Shown here: positions 1-9,028 of the stretch, in pieces | How the letters are laid out: each line of letters starts with the position of its first letter | Position numbering within the stretch: the stretch's first letter is position 1 | From: a virus | Lineage: Duplodnaviria; Caudoviricetes | DNA length: 43,188 nt | Virus record (IMG/VR): IMGVR_UViG_3300032088_000018 | Coordinates: 1 to 43,188 of that record | Reading direction: 5' to 3' (one strand) | Position numbers and translations under genes: made by a program | Notes under the pieces: generated by a model | What the model saw: the letters and a program-made list of their open reading frames with translations, nothing else | Database searches by the model: none | Told to the model about the DNA's origin: nothing

Positions 1-2
1 AG

Positions 3-281
3 AACATGACCCCTGAAGTTGCAATGTCAGCAGGAAACTTGGTTGACGAAGCCGAAAGATATGTCGAGGTTCAAGCGAATATGAAATCTACCAAGGATGA
101 TGCCTTTGCTCAAATGGTCACTGCATCTGCAAGAGCTTCACAGGCGAGAGCCGACGCAGATAAGGCATCCGCAGAATCAGGTGGTGGTGGACAGGATGTT
201 GTGCTCGTGCTCAACGAGAGAGAATTGGGAAGAGCAGTTGAGGCTATATTGAACAAGAGAGTAAACTTGAGCGTTAGCTAA
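3..281 (+). CDS. C-terminal end of a probable tape measure/tail protein (5' truncated by the window edge)
   Basis: The frame is open from the window edge. An Ala-rich helical segment ends in GGGGQDVVLVLNERELGRAV, typical of tape-measure C-termini, and lies just upstream of baseplate-like genes. Confidence 0.55.
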   Translation, partial: NMTPEVAMSAGNLVDEAERYVEVQANMKSTKDDAFAQMVTASARASQARADADKASAESGGGGQDVVLVLNERELGRAVEAILNKRVNLSVS

Positions 282-284
282 TTA
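277..284 (+). promoter_or_regulatory. Candidate late-promoter variant GCTAATTA
   Basis: Resembles the ACTATTTA motif seen three times elsewhere and lies 23 nt upstream of structural gene 308. Confidence 0.35.
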
Positions 285-307
285 GGTATATGGGAGAGAA
301 TAAATAA

Positions 308-1045
308 ATGGCTACATTTAAAAGCGGAATGTCAGGCGATGCATCGGACTTGCTGGCAAACGATAAACGGTTGATTATTGATATTTTTCATATTCCAACA
401 AAAACATCCGTCCAGTTCAAGGCTTTTGTAACATCTTATCAGGATAAGTTCGAGTCCGAGTATAACTCAGAAGAAGTTTATGGACGAATGGACCCAATCC
501 AAACCTTCAAGGGCACAAAAAGAAAAATATCTTTGGGCTGGGAGGTTATCTCAGCATCAGAAGAGGAGGCGGTCTCAAATTTGGAGCGCTGCACCACCTT
601 ATTCTCAATGTTATATCCAACATATTCTGAGACGGGAGCTTCAGTCGCAACAACCATTGCGGCAGGACCAATCTTTAGGTTAAAGTTTGCAAACTTGATT
701 CAAGATGTAAGCTCTGGTGCATCTGGGGCTTCTTCGGCTGAATCAAATGGTCTTGTCGGGACCATAGGTGGGTTCACATACGAGCCAGACTTCGATTCAG
801 GCTTTTTTGACGCTGGCATTGGTACGCTATATCCACAGACAATTAAATTGTCTTGTGATTACACTGTAAACCACACCCACGGCTTGGGTTGGGCGAACGG
901 CACCAAGAGAACAAAAAACTTTCCTTATAACCAAGCAGGGGAAACAGGCACCCCAGCAGGAACAGAGACTGGTGAAAAGCCAACAACATCTGACAGCACT
1001 GAAGCTAAAGCTAACGAAGCAGAGATGGAGGGCAAGAAATCATGA
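308..1045 (+). CDS. Baseplate/tail-tube initiator-like protein (contractile tail)
   Basis: The pattern YGRMDPIQTFKGTKRKISLGW...LYPTY...PIFRLKFANLI is typical of tube-fold proteins encoded between tape measure and LysM genes. Confidence 0.6.
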   Translation: MATFKSGMSGDASDLLANDKRLIIDIFHIPTKTSVQFKAFVTSYQDKFESEYNSEEVYGRMDPIQTFKGTKRKISLGWEVISASEEEAVSNLERCTTLFSMLYPTYSETGASVATTIAAGPIFRLKFANLIQDVSSGASGASSAESNGLVGTIGGFTYEPDFDSGFFDAGIGTLYPQTIKLSCDYTVNHTHGLGWANGTKRTKNFPYNQAGETGTPAGTETGEKPTTSDSTEAKANEAEMEGKKS

Positions 1046-1383
1046 GTAAAAGGTATGATAACAGCGCACCTCTGGAAAACTCTGAAGAGATTTACCAAGA
1101 CGCTTTCGAGGCTCGTGGGATAAAAAAGGTCCGACAGTTTGGCACGGCAAAGCTCCGCCACCCAACTGCCCTTGAGAGAACCAATCTTGAGCGAGTCGGT
1201 CATGTTTGGAAGGTTGGAGATAGATTTTTTAAACTAGCTCACAAATATTATGGCGATTCAGCTTACTGGTGGGTCATTGCATGGTATAATAAAAAACCCA
1301 CTGAGTCTCATGTTGAGCTTGGAGAAGTTATTAAAGTTCCACTTCCCTTATACAGGGTTCTGGAATATTTGAGATACGAGTAG
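1042..1383 (+). CDS. LysM/tail-X-like baseplate wedge protein
   Basis: HVWKVGDRFFKLAHKYYGDSAYWWVIAWYN...GEVIKVP matches the LysM/gpX-like pattern. ATGA overlap with the upstream gene. Confidence 0.75.
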   Translation: MSKRYDNSAPLENSEEIYQDAFEARGIKKVRQFGTAKLRHPTALERTNLERVGHVWKVGDRFFKLAHKYYGDSAYWWVIAWYNKKPTESHVELGEVIKVPLPLYRVLEYLRYE

Positions 1384-1389
1384 GATGCA

Positions 1390-3801
1390 ATGGCAGAAGA
1401 ACCAAACAAAGATATCATCACAGATGAGAATAAGGCTGTCCAGGCAAGGCGACTGCAAGAGCAGTGCTTTCTAGTTTATAACTTTGAAGCATTTGCAGAC
1501 TCTAACCTTGAAAATACATTTAGCAACTTTGTACCTCTTCATGGAAACCCCATGCAGATTGTTCAAAAGCTTTTAGCGATTCCAGACCTTAATGCACTTA
1601 TGACAATCAAACCTTATTTGATGTCTACACTTGTGCCTCAAATCCGATTGTATAAGGTGCACTATCCTTCTAGAGACTCTCAGGGCGTTGCCATTGAAAT
1701 TCCCTTTGACGATTACTTGAACCCATCTTCTATTGAAGACATGACTAAATCTGGCTACAGCAAAGGCTTGGGCGCTGGAGTTAAGTCGTTTGAATGGGAA
1801 CTGCTGGGAACAAACCCCGCAGAATCTGACAACAATATTAAAGCAAAGCTTAAATTGCACTTCAATTCCATGCAAGACATGCTTGCTCCTCGTGGCGAAC
1901 ACGAAGGTCAAAAGATATCTTTTCTCAACCTCGTTGAGCCTTCTGCAAAATTTAGCAACGATAGTGGCGACGGCGGCAAGAAGAATTCAGAGGGCTCTAG
2001 AAGTTATAATGAAAAATATTTTAGGATTCGTGTTTCTGTTGGCTACGGCGACCCGACTGGTTCGCTGTGGGATGATGAGCCCAATTCCGCAGGCTTAAAA
2101 GAGGTCGTAAAGAATGCAAGACAATTCTTTAATTTAAACATGGTGTCCCACTCTTTGGATTTCAAGGAGCACGGTGCGGTTGACCTGGAGATAGAATATA
2201 TTGCAGACTCAGAAGGTGCTCTTAGTAGCAAATATGCAGATGTCCTCTTGATTGGCAGGACCGAAGCCATGGATAAAGCAGAAGCTGAAAGAGCGGCAGC
2301 AAGAGAAACCTCCGCTGCTTCTGTCAGCGCAGAGAACGATTCTAATTGCGGCAAAGATGAAGATGATAGGTCTAAAGAGGCAAAAGAGAGCGAAAAAGAA
2401 CTTTTAGAAAATCAGGCTGAAGCTGAAGCTGAAGATAGAGCAATCTTGTATAACGCCCTCCTGTCAGGTTTAGAAAATTCGGGTAAAATTTGGAAAGTCA
2501 GGGTCACCGCAGAAGACCTTGGCATGTTAGACGGTCAACAAGCAACAGGCGATACCGCAGCAGCCCGCCGAACCGCAAAAGATAAGGCTTGGGTAACAAG
2601 TAACCGTGAGAAAGCCGAAGGTGGCTCATTGTCAGATTTACGCAATGCGACTGAAGAGGCTATTGATGACCCCAACGAAGCGGCAGGCTCGTTTAAGCAA
2701 GACGGGGATGCAACGCCAGGACCAGAAGAGCTAGACATCCATTATTTCCATTATGGAGATTTGTTGAATGTGGCACTTCGCTGTTTGTATGAAACGGGAA
2801 CTCCAGAACTAGAGAGATTAAAAGTCATTGCTGGTCCGTATGTTTATTACGACCCTCAGACGAACACACTAAAAGATAATTATAATATGGCAGATATTCC
2901 AATTTCTTTGAACCTGTTTCAAATTTGGTTTATGGATAAGGTCGTCAAGCCTCAAATTAAAAAGTATTCTTTGAAAAAGTTTATTAAAGATTCTGTAACA
3001 AGCCTTGTGGGGGCAGCCATGAACCCCGAGTGCTTTGGTAAAGAGTACGGCAAGGCACCAGCGAACTTGAGCATACAAATGTTGCAAGTACCAGCGACAG
3101 ACAAAGGACAGTGCCGAGTTAGCGGGAAAAACACCCAAGGTAAGATTGGCGGCAAGCGAGTTAAAGACCTTGAGGGAATCTTGCCTTATCCGAGCGCTGT
3201 AAAGGCAGAAAAAGCTGAGTCGTTTCCTTACCTCTTTATTTATGTTTCATCGCACGGTGCAAAGGGCTTCGGTCCACCGTCTGAAGGAGAGGGCTCAAGA
3301 GAGAAGAGGGATGCCAAGCTTGGAACATATCATTTTAGAATCGGCGCAGACGGCGGACTTGTCAAGAAGATTAATTTTAAAAAGTCTGACCAGCCTTTCG
3401 CACGAGAAGCGAGAATGGAGCTTGAAGGCGAACTCGGTGGCGGGTTCCTTAGAGAAAAATATAACGCCGATGTGGAAATGTTTGGAAACGCCATTTTCAG
3501 ACCAGGAATGCATGTTTATATCGACCCCGCCACAGTCGGAGCAGGAGACCCTTCGCAGATAAAGAGCATTGCAGCAATGCTTGGTCTGGGTGGCTACTTC
3601 TTAACTACAAATGTTAAATGCGCCATCGAAGCGGGCAAGTTCCAGACAGACCTTAAGTGTATTTGGACATCAAGTGGCTCAGGAAAGGCTCCCACGGATA
3701 AGAGTAACGAGGGTAGTGACTGCGACGACGGTTCTACTGGGCAACCAGTTGATGGATTGCCCGCTGGCACTGAGATGCCAAAAGTCGGAGACGCAACATA
3801 A
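1390..3801 (+). CDS. Large baseplate hub-like protein
   Basis: C-terminal VEMFGNAIFRPGMHVYID...LGLGGYFLTTNVKCAIEAGKFQTDLKC resembles hub/late-control-D C-termini, and the gene follows the LysM gene. Confidence 0.55.
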   Translation: MAEEPNKDIITDENKAVQARRLQEQCFLVYNFEAFADSNLENTFSNFVPLHGNPMQIVQKLLAIPDLNALMTIKPYLMSTLVPQIRLYKVHYPSRDSQGVAIEIPFDDYLNPSSIEDMTKSGYSKGLGAGVKSFEWELLGTNPAESDNNIKAKLKLHFNSMQDMLAPRGEHEGQKISFLNLVEPSAKFSNDSGDGGKKNSEGSRSYNEKYFRIRVSVGYGDPTGSLWDDEPNSAGLKEVVKNARQFFNLNMVSHSLDFKEHGAVDLEIEYIADSEGALSSKYADVLLIGRTEAMDKAEAERAAARETSAASVSAENDSNCGKDEDDRSKEAKESEKELLENQAEAEAEDRAILYNALLSGLENSGKIWKVRVTAEDLGMLDGQQATGDTAAARRTAKDKAWVTSNREKAEGGSLSDLRNATEEAIDDPNEAAGSFKQDGDATPGPEELDIHYFHYGDLLNVALRCLYETGTPELERLKVIAGPYVYYDPQTNTLKDNYNMADIPISLNLFQIWFMDKVVKPQIKKYSLKKFIKDSVTSLVGAAMNPECFGKEYGKAPANLSIQMLQVPATDKGQCRVSGKNTQGKIGGKRVKDLEGILPYPSAVKAEKAESFPYLFIYVSSHGAKGFGPPSEGEGSREKRDAKLGTYHFRIGADGGLVKKINFKKSDQPFAREARMELEGELGGGFLREKYNADVEMFGNAIFRPGMHVYIDPATVGAGDPSQIKSIAAMLGLGGYFLTTNVKCAIEAGKFQTDLKCIWTSSGSGKAPTDKSNEGSDCDDGSTGQPVDGLPAGTEMPKVGDAT

Positions 3802-5087
3802 TGAAAAGATTTCAAATTAAAAAAGATGCAGCAGTAGATGAGAGTCTAATCCCGAAAGGTGAGAACAGCTTGACATCTCTAGCCGCATTCTATCAGAGAG
3901 GGCTTTACGCTGAGACTGCATACCCAGAGCTATTGCCTGAACCGCTCGACACATACTCAGATTATAATATCTTGTATGGGAGGGTCAATGAATCGGGCTC
4001 GCCAATTATTCTTGCAGAGGACAACTTAAAACAGATTCTTTCACCAAGTGGTGAAACTAAGTTTGTTCTTGATTTTGTTGCTGACGCTTGGAATGAGCTA
4101 GTGGCTCACCATCAGAAGGCGATAAGATTAAAGGCTATAAGAGTCGAGAATACAGTATTCAAGAAGATGGAGCCAAAACAGGCATGGGAGAGCGTTCATA
4201 CGAGATATAATGAACATATGCAGAACCTGTATGGGGTCTTCGTTGGTGACCACCTCTCTTCCCCAATGAACCAAGAGATTGTTGATTTTGATTCTTTTCT
4301 TCGACACTTTATGGGTTATTGCGGCAAGGTCGCAAGGAATATGCCAGTGACGAGAACTGCGTTTATCACATCGAGATATGCATCCCCACTTTCTTCTGGC
4401 TTGATGGTTGAGCTAATCAAGGGCAAGCACGACGACGATTATGGAAAGTACATTGGGTTTATCCGTGACATTAATTTTGATTTTTTCACAACAGCTTGCA
4501 GAAAGTTTGGTTTTTTAGTTGACAAAAATGCTCCATGGCGTATAATAGCAGATGTGAATTCAAGCTATATGCGAAAGAAAATGAACGAGCGGCAAGCGAG
4601 TGTGAGCACCACCAAGGATGTATTTAATTTTTACTATCTTGACAGCATGAGTTATGAGGTTGCAAATATTAAAGGCTTCCTATTTCAAATGTACGAGTTG
4701 TTTATTTCTCAGCAGCCTGATGTTACAAAGCTTAATACCACCTTCAAGGGTAAGGATTCAAAAACATCAATTTGCTATACCGAGAGGCGAAGAATCACAC
4801 TCGCCGAATACGAAGAGAAATACTCTGATGCCTTCTGGATGCGAGTAATCATGTATTTGAGAGCCGTGGAAACAAAGTCGCCACAGACCCAACGAGAGTT
4901 TGAAAAAGTCGTGCAACGAGCTTGCGAGCATTTACATTGGCAGGGCATGGCGACAGCGCTCAGCTATGTTAAAAAAGAATATAGCCACAACCTAGAAGAG
5001 GTTTATAAAAAAAGTTTGAACTTTCACTTGACAAACGAGAAAGTCTATGATAGATTAATACATAAGAAACCAAACTTTCAATTTTAG
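3801..5087 (+). CDS. Hypothetical phage protein (428 aa)
   Basis: Long ORF translationally coupled to the hub gene (TAATG overlap). No recognised motif. Confidence 0.7.
   Translation: MKRFQIKKDAAVDESLIPKGENSLTSLAAFYQRGLYAETAYPELLPEPLDTYSDYNILYGRVNESGSPIILAEDNLKQILSPSGETKFVLDFVADAWNELVAHHQKAIRLKAIRVENTVFKKMEPKQAWESVHTRYNEHMQNLYGVFVGDHLSSPMNQEIVDFDSFLRHFMGYCGKVARNMPVTRTAFITSRYASPLSSGLMVELIKGKHDDDYGKYIGFIRDINFDFFTTACRKFGFLVDKNAPWRIIADVNSSYMRKKMNERQASVSTTKDVFNFYYLDSMSYEVANIKGFLFQMYELFISQQPDVTKLNTTFKGKDSKTSICYTERRRITLAEYEEKYSDAFWMRVIMYLRAVETKSPQTQREFEKVVQRACEHLHWQGMATALSYVKKEYSHNLEEVYKKSLNFHLTNEKVYDRLIHKKPNFQF
4519..4546 (+). promoter_or_regulatory. Intragenic sigma70-consensus promoter
   Basis: TTGACA-16 nt-TATAAT inside ORF 3801-5087. 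Confidence 0.35.
5028..5056 (+). promoter_or_regulatory. sigma70-type early promoter for the polA-tubulin pair
   Basis: TTGACA-17 nt-TAGATT with extended TG, preceded by an A-tract, 38 nt upstream of ATG 5095. Confidence 0.65.
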
Positions 5088-5094
5088 GTGATGA

Positions 5095-6288
5095 ATGCTA
5101 TTTCAAGCTCTTGACAATAAAAAGGATTGCTATGGTGTCTATTGCGAGGGCGAGATTCACCTCGACGAGGCATTCCAGTCAGACCAGCTAACAAAAACAT
5201 GGTCTTATTCTCCTTTTTTAGCTGATTTGGGCGAGATAGAGTATGCCCAGCTATACTGCTTGGGGCAGTCCCTCACGCAGGTCTGCCCGCCAGAACTTGA
5301 GGAACAGTGGTCATCGATATCATCCAAACTCAAGGCGTTCTTGAAGTCTTTCTCTCATGCTAAAATATCTTTAGATGAGCACTGCTTCTTCGACCTTGTT
5401 CCTGAGAGGTTTCTGGTCGAGTTTTGTGAAATTAAAAATGAGATTACAGAGCATGTGATGAAAACTCATAAAAAACCAGAAAATTATGAATTTATGAAGG
5501 AGGTTGTGCGTCTAACCTCAGACATCTCAAGCCAAGCGGTCAATCTTGACAAGAAGCCGCTAAAATCTTGCCTTGGCAGCGCCAAGGGTCGCTCTTTGTG
5601 GAAAAACTTTGATGGAATCAGCAGGAGAATCGTGTACAATCCTTATGGCACAAAGACTGGAAGGCTGACAACCATCAAGACAAGCTTTCCAATCTTGACT
5701 CTTGCGAAAGAACACCGAGCTATTCTCAAACCCAGGAACGACTGGTTTGTCGAGTTAGATTTTAACGCAGCAGAGTTGCGGACCCTCCTTTCACTTGCAG
5801 GCGAGGAGCAACCAATGGACGATGTTCATATATGGAATGTGGAGAATGTATATAATGGAAAATACGACAGAGCTAAGGCAAAACAAAAGATATTCGCATG
5901 GTTGTATAATCCGAAGTCGAAAGACAAGCTGGCGAGTAAAGCCTATAAGAGAGACGAGGTTCTGGAGAAGTATTGGGATGGCACTTTTATAAAGACTCCC
6001 TTTGGCAGGAGAATCGAGGCAGACCAGAAACATGCACTAAATTATATTATTCAGAGCACGACGAGCGATGTCTTTCTGGATAGGGCAATTGCCTTGCATA
6101 AACTGTTAAGCACGAAGAAGAGCACAATTGCGATGCTCATTCATGATTCTGTTATTATTGACCTAGCCAACGAAGACTTGGACATGGTAAAAGAAATGGT
6201 TAATATATTTTCAGATACAAAGCTTGGCTCCTACCGTGTGGGCGTTAAGGCTGGGAAAAACTTTGGTGATTTAAGGAAGCTATTATGA
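5095..6288 (+). CDS. polA: Minimal family-A DNA polymerase (polymerase domain only)
   Basis: GTKTGRLTT (motif 2), ELDFNAAELRTL (motif A), RAKAKQKIFAWLY (motif B), ALNYIIQSTTSD and LIHDSVIID (motif C). Only 397 aa with no recognisable exonuclease domain. Confidence 0.85.
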   Translation: MLFQALDNKKDCYGVYCEGEIHLDEAFQSDQLTKTWSYSPFLADLGEIEYAQLYCLGQSLTQVCPPELEEQWSSISSKLKAFLKSFSHAKISLDEHCFFDLVPERFLVEFCEIKNEITEHVMKTHKKPENYEFMKEVVRLTSDISSQAVNLDKKPLKSCLGSAKGRSLWKNFDGISRRIVYNPYGTKTGRLTTIKTSFPILTLAKEHRAILKPRNDWFVELDFNAAELRTLLSLAGEEQPMDDVHIWNVENVYNGKYDRAKAKQKIFAWLYNPKSKDKLASKAYKRDEVLEKYWDGTFIKTPFGRRIEADQKHALNYIIQSTTSDVFLDRAIALHKLLSTKKSTIAMLIHDSVIIDLANEDLDMVKEMVNIFSDTKLGSYRVGVKAGKNFGDLRKLL

Positions 6289-7154
6289 ATATTGTTGGAT
6301 TCGGTGGAGCAGGCTGTGCCTTTGTTAGCCAGTTGGAGAAGCATAGCCAATATAATGTATACAAGATTGACAAGGGCTTGCCGAGGAAGGGGAACACTTA
6401 TCCCATCAGCGCACAATCCTCTCACGAAGAATACGAAAAGAATCCTCCGAAGCTAAGCCAGTTCATCTCAAGAATGGCTAAGTCTAAGAGTTTGGTATTT
6501 GTTTTCGCAGGAGGCGGCGCAACTTCAGGGGCGTCACTTCAGGTGCTTGAGCAGTTCCACAAGAAATATCCAAAAACAATAGATGTTCTCTACATCAAGC
6601 CAGATGTCAGTTCACTCTCCAAGGTTGCTAAAATGCAGGACAAGATTTGTTATCGTGTCTTGCAGGAGTATGCAAGGTCTGGTGTGTTCCGAAGTATTAT
6701 GTTGGTGAGCAACCCCCATGTCGAGACAGCCTTGGGCAACTTGCCTGTAAAAAATTATTATGAAAACATGAACAGCTACCTTGCTTATATTTTTCACATG
6801 ACAAATGTGTTTAAAAATACAGAGTCTGTAATCTCTTCATCCACAGTTGACAAAGAGCCCCACATTAGGATTTGTACACTCGGAATCGTGGACATAGAAA
6901 AAAAAGAAGAAAAGTTGCTTTTTCCTCTTGACAAACCGCAAATAAAAGACTATTATTATGGCATAACTTCGGAAAGGATTGAGAATGACAACACGCTGCT
7001 TACTTCAATCAGAGAGCACATTTCAGAAGCCTCTGGTGAAGGTGTCGCCTCCTCGTACTCAGTTCATCAAACCTCTTATGAGGCTGATTTCGGATATGTC
7101 GTTGCATGGTCCTCAAATGTGCAAGCATTTCCAGACATTTACAAGTCACTTTAA
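6285..7154 (+). CDS. Tubulin/FtsZ-family GTPase (PhuZ/TubZ-like)
   Basis: N-terminal NIVGFGGAGCAF (T1 loop), FAGGGATSGAS (variant of the GGGTGSG signature) and LVSN...YENMN (guanine-binding helix region). Confidence 0.75.
   Translation: MNIVGFGGAGCAFVSQLEKHSQYNVYKIDKGLPRKGNTYPISAQSSHEEYEKNPPKLSQFISRMAKSKSLVFVFAGGGATSGASLQVLEQFHKKYPKTIDVLYIKPDVSSLSKVAKMQDKICYRVLQEYARSGVFRSIMLVSNPHVETALGNLPVKNYYENMNSYLAYIFHMTNVFKNTESVISSSTVDKEPHIRICTLGIVDIEKKEEKLLFPLDKPQIKDYYYGITSERIENDNTLLTSIREHISEASGEGVASSYSVHQTSYEADFGYVVAWSSNVQAFPDIYKSL
6928..6956 (+). promoter_or_regulatory. Intragenic sigma70-type promoter within the tubulin gene
   Basis: CTTGACA-17 nt-TATTAT with an upstream A-tract, the same context as the intergenic promoters. 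Confidence 0.5.
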
Positions 7155-7172
7155 AAAAAGATAAAAAAGTTG

Positions 7173-7201
7173 TTGACACGACCAAAGAGTTGTGTTATAT
7201 T
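7173..7201 (+). promoter_or_regulatory. sigma70-type early promoter
   Basis: TTGACA-17 nt-TATATT with extended TG and UP-element-like A-tracts. Confidence 0.8.
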
Positions 7202-7228
7202 GTATTCACAATCAGAAAAGGAGAAACA

Positions 7229-7534
7229 ATGATTGGATATAGTGGTACCTTCGTGAAGAGCAATGGTGAAGAGCGAGCGATGAAGTTCGTGAAATTGGCA
7301 GACCTGCCTCAAGGCTTCCTTGACAATAAAGTCAAGGGGGATGATGCAACTGCTCGCCAGAGGAGTCTAAGCGAAGGCTTTGAATTAGTGTGGGATGTTG
7401 ATGCTGATGCATTCCGAGTTTATAATTGGAACACTGCGATTGGTGAAACATCCACCATTTCAGGTTCATACAAACAGGAGGGAGAAAATCATACTTTTTA
7501 CTTTACAGATGATGTAAACGGTGTTAAACTATAA
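7229..7534 (+). CDS. Small SH3/Sm-like (WYL_2-type) beta-barrel protein
   Basis: Start reassigned to ATG 7229, which follows AAGGAG and the promoter. The pattern GTFVKSNGEERAM...VWDVDADAFRVYNW resembles phage WYL_2/DUF2693 proteins. Confidence 0.6.
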   Translation: MIGYSGTFVKSNGEERAMKFVKLADLPQGFLDNKVKGDDATARQRSLSEGFELVWDVDADAFRVYNWNTAIGETSTISGSYKQEGENHTFYFTDDVNGVKL

Positions 7535-7616
7535 CAACAAACAAGATGTTTGGAAGATTTGCCAAACATACTAAAGGGTAATTTACCCGCCATTTAAACT
7601 ATAAAGGAGAATCATA

Positions 7617-8387
7617 ATGGCTATTAATCTAGATAAGATGCGAAACAAACTGACCTCAGTTCAGAACCGAGGACAAGGACGAACTTCACAGTTCTGGCGA
7701 CCAGCAGACGGCGACCAAAACATCCGTATCGTTCCTACTGCGGACGGCGACCCCTTCAAGGAGTTCTGGTTCCACTACAATGTGGGTAAGAACGCTGGGT
7801 TCTTGTCTCCAAAGAAGAACTTCGGTGAGGACGACCCGTTGGACGCATTTGTCCGACAACTCTTCAACGAAGGAACCGAGGACAGCATTAAGATGGCTAA
7901 GAATCTTATGGCTCGCCAGCGTTTCTTTTCGCCAATCATTGTGCGAGGAGAAGAGGAGAAGGGTGTTCGATTATGGGGCTACGGCAAGCAGGTTTACACG
8001 CAGCTTCTTGAGCTTGTGCTGAACCCTGAGTACGGTGACATTACCGACCCAGAGTCTGGAACCGACTTGGTTCTTAACTATGGCAAACCAGCAGGGATGA
8101 CTTTCCCGCAGACAAAGATTATGCCGTCCCGACGGACTTCTGAAATCTGCAAGGATATCACCTCTGAGGAGTGCGCAACTTTGCTGGACTCAGTTCCAGA
8201 CTTTGCAAGCGTGTTTGACCGAAAGACTCCAGAGGATGTTCAGCGTATGCTCGACGAATACCTCTCGGACGATGAATCTGCGGAAGAGCTTTCTTCCGAG
8301 ACCACCCGCTACGGCAGTGATACTACCACTACCTCCCAAACCAATGCTAGTAGCGTGGAAAGTGCCTTCCAAGACCTAATCGGGTAA
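7617..8387 (+). CDS. Single-stranded DNA-binding protein, T4 gp32-like
   Basis: FWRP..G..NIRIVP...DPFKE.WFHY, RLWGYGKQVY, YGDITDPESGTDL and an acidic tail ending AFQDLIG. AAGGAG RBS. Confidence 0.8.
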   Translation: MAINLDKMRNKLTSVQNRGQGRTSQFWRPADGDQNIRIVPTADGDPFKEFWFHYNVGKNAGFLSPKKNFGEDDPLDAFVRQLFNEGTEDSIKMAKNLMARQRFFSPIIVRGEEEKGVRLWGYGKQVYTQLLELVLNPEYGDITDPESGTDLVLNYGKPAGMTFPQTKIMPSRRTSEICKDITSEECATLLDSVPDFASVFDRKTPEDVQRMLDEYLSDDESAEELSSETTRYGSDTTTTSQTNASSVESAFQDLIG

Positions 8388-8405
8388 CAAGCGCACTATA
8401 AAAAT

Positions 8406-8439
8406 ACCCACAGGGGGGCACAGGGTTATCAGGTGTCCC
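8406..8439 (+). repeat. Intergenic repeat copy 1 (putative H-type RNA pseudoknot)
   Basis: ACCC ACAGG GGGGCAC A GGGT TATCAG GTGTCCC. Near-identical copies lie at 9324 and 9886. Confidence 0.9.
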
Positions 8440-8473
8440 ATTTTTTATTACACCAAAAAGGAATTGAATTATT

Positions 8474-8938
8474 ATGAGTAGTCAGGTAAAGAGTGGAAAT
8501 ACGGTTAGTGTGCACTATGTTGGGACACTGAACGATGGAACTGAGTTTGATAGCTCCCGAGCACGAGGCGAAGCAATGTCCTTCACGGTAGGTTCGGGAC
8601 AGTTGATTGCTGGATTTGACCAAGCTGTCCACGGCATGACGATTGGCGAGACGAAGAATATCACTTTGGCTCCAGATGAAGCGTATGGTCCGTTGCAGGA
8701 AGGGTTGACTCAGACGGTACCCCAGAATGCTTTCCCAGAAGGCTTCAGTTTTACGGTTGGAAATCAGGTAATGGGTCAGGGCGAAGGCGGAATGCCCGTT
8801 GTTGCAACCATTAAGGAGGTTCAGGGAAATGAAATTATTCTTGATATGAACCACCCAATGGCAGGCAAGACGCTTAACTTCGATATTGAACTTGTCAGTA
8901 TCGAAGATACTACCACTGGTACTGACACCACCGAATAG
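8474..8938 (+). CDS. FKBP-type peptidyl-prolyl cis-trans isomerase (SlyD/SlpA-like, no His tail)
   Basis: VSVHYVGTLNDGTEFDSS, GSGQLIAGFDQAV, PDEAYG and LDMNHPMAGKTLNFDIELV. Confidence 0.93.
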   Translation: MSSQVKSGNTVSVHYVGTLNDGTEFDSSRARGEAMSFTVGSGQLIAGFDQAVHGMTIGETKNITLAPDEAYGPLQEGLTQTVPQNAFPEGFSFTVGNQVMGQGEGGMPVVATIKEVQGNEIILDMNHPMAGKTLNFDIELVSIEDTTTGTDTTE

Positions 8939-8954
8939 AGATAAGAGATTATCA

Positions 8955-8988
8955 AAACCGCAGGAAGGCACGGGTTTACAGGTGCCTT
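8955..8988 (+). repeat. Intergenic repeat copy 2 (divergent, compensatory changes)
   Basis: AAACC GCAGG AAGGCAC G GGTTT ACAG GTGCCTT. Both helices are retained despite the substitutions. Confidence 0.8.
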
Positions 8989-9028
8989 GCTTTTATAGAT
9001 AAATTTTTCATACGAAAAGGAGGAAAAG

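Noticed and set aside
7106-7228. Longer ORF-track starts (7106, 11068, 16411, 19052, 23234, 27980, 34629, 40489)
   Set aside because: These extensions run through promoters or upstream genes. Downstream starts have an RBS, a promoter or stop/start coupling.
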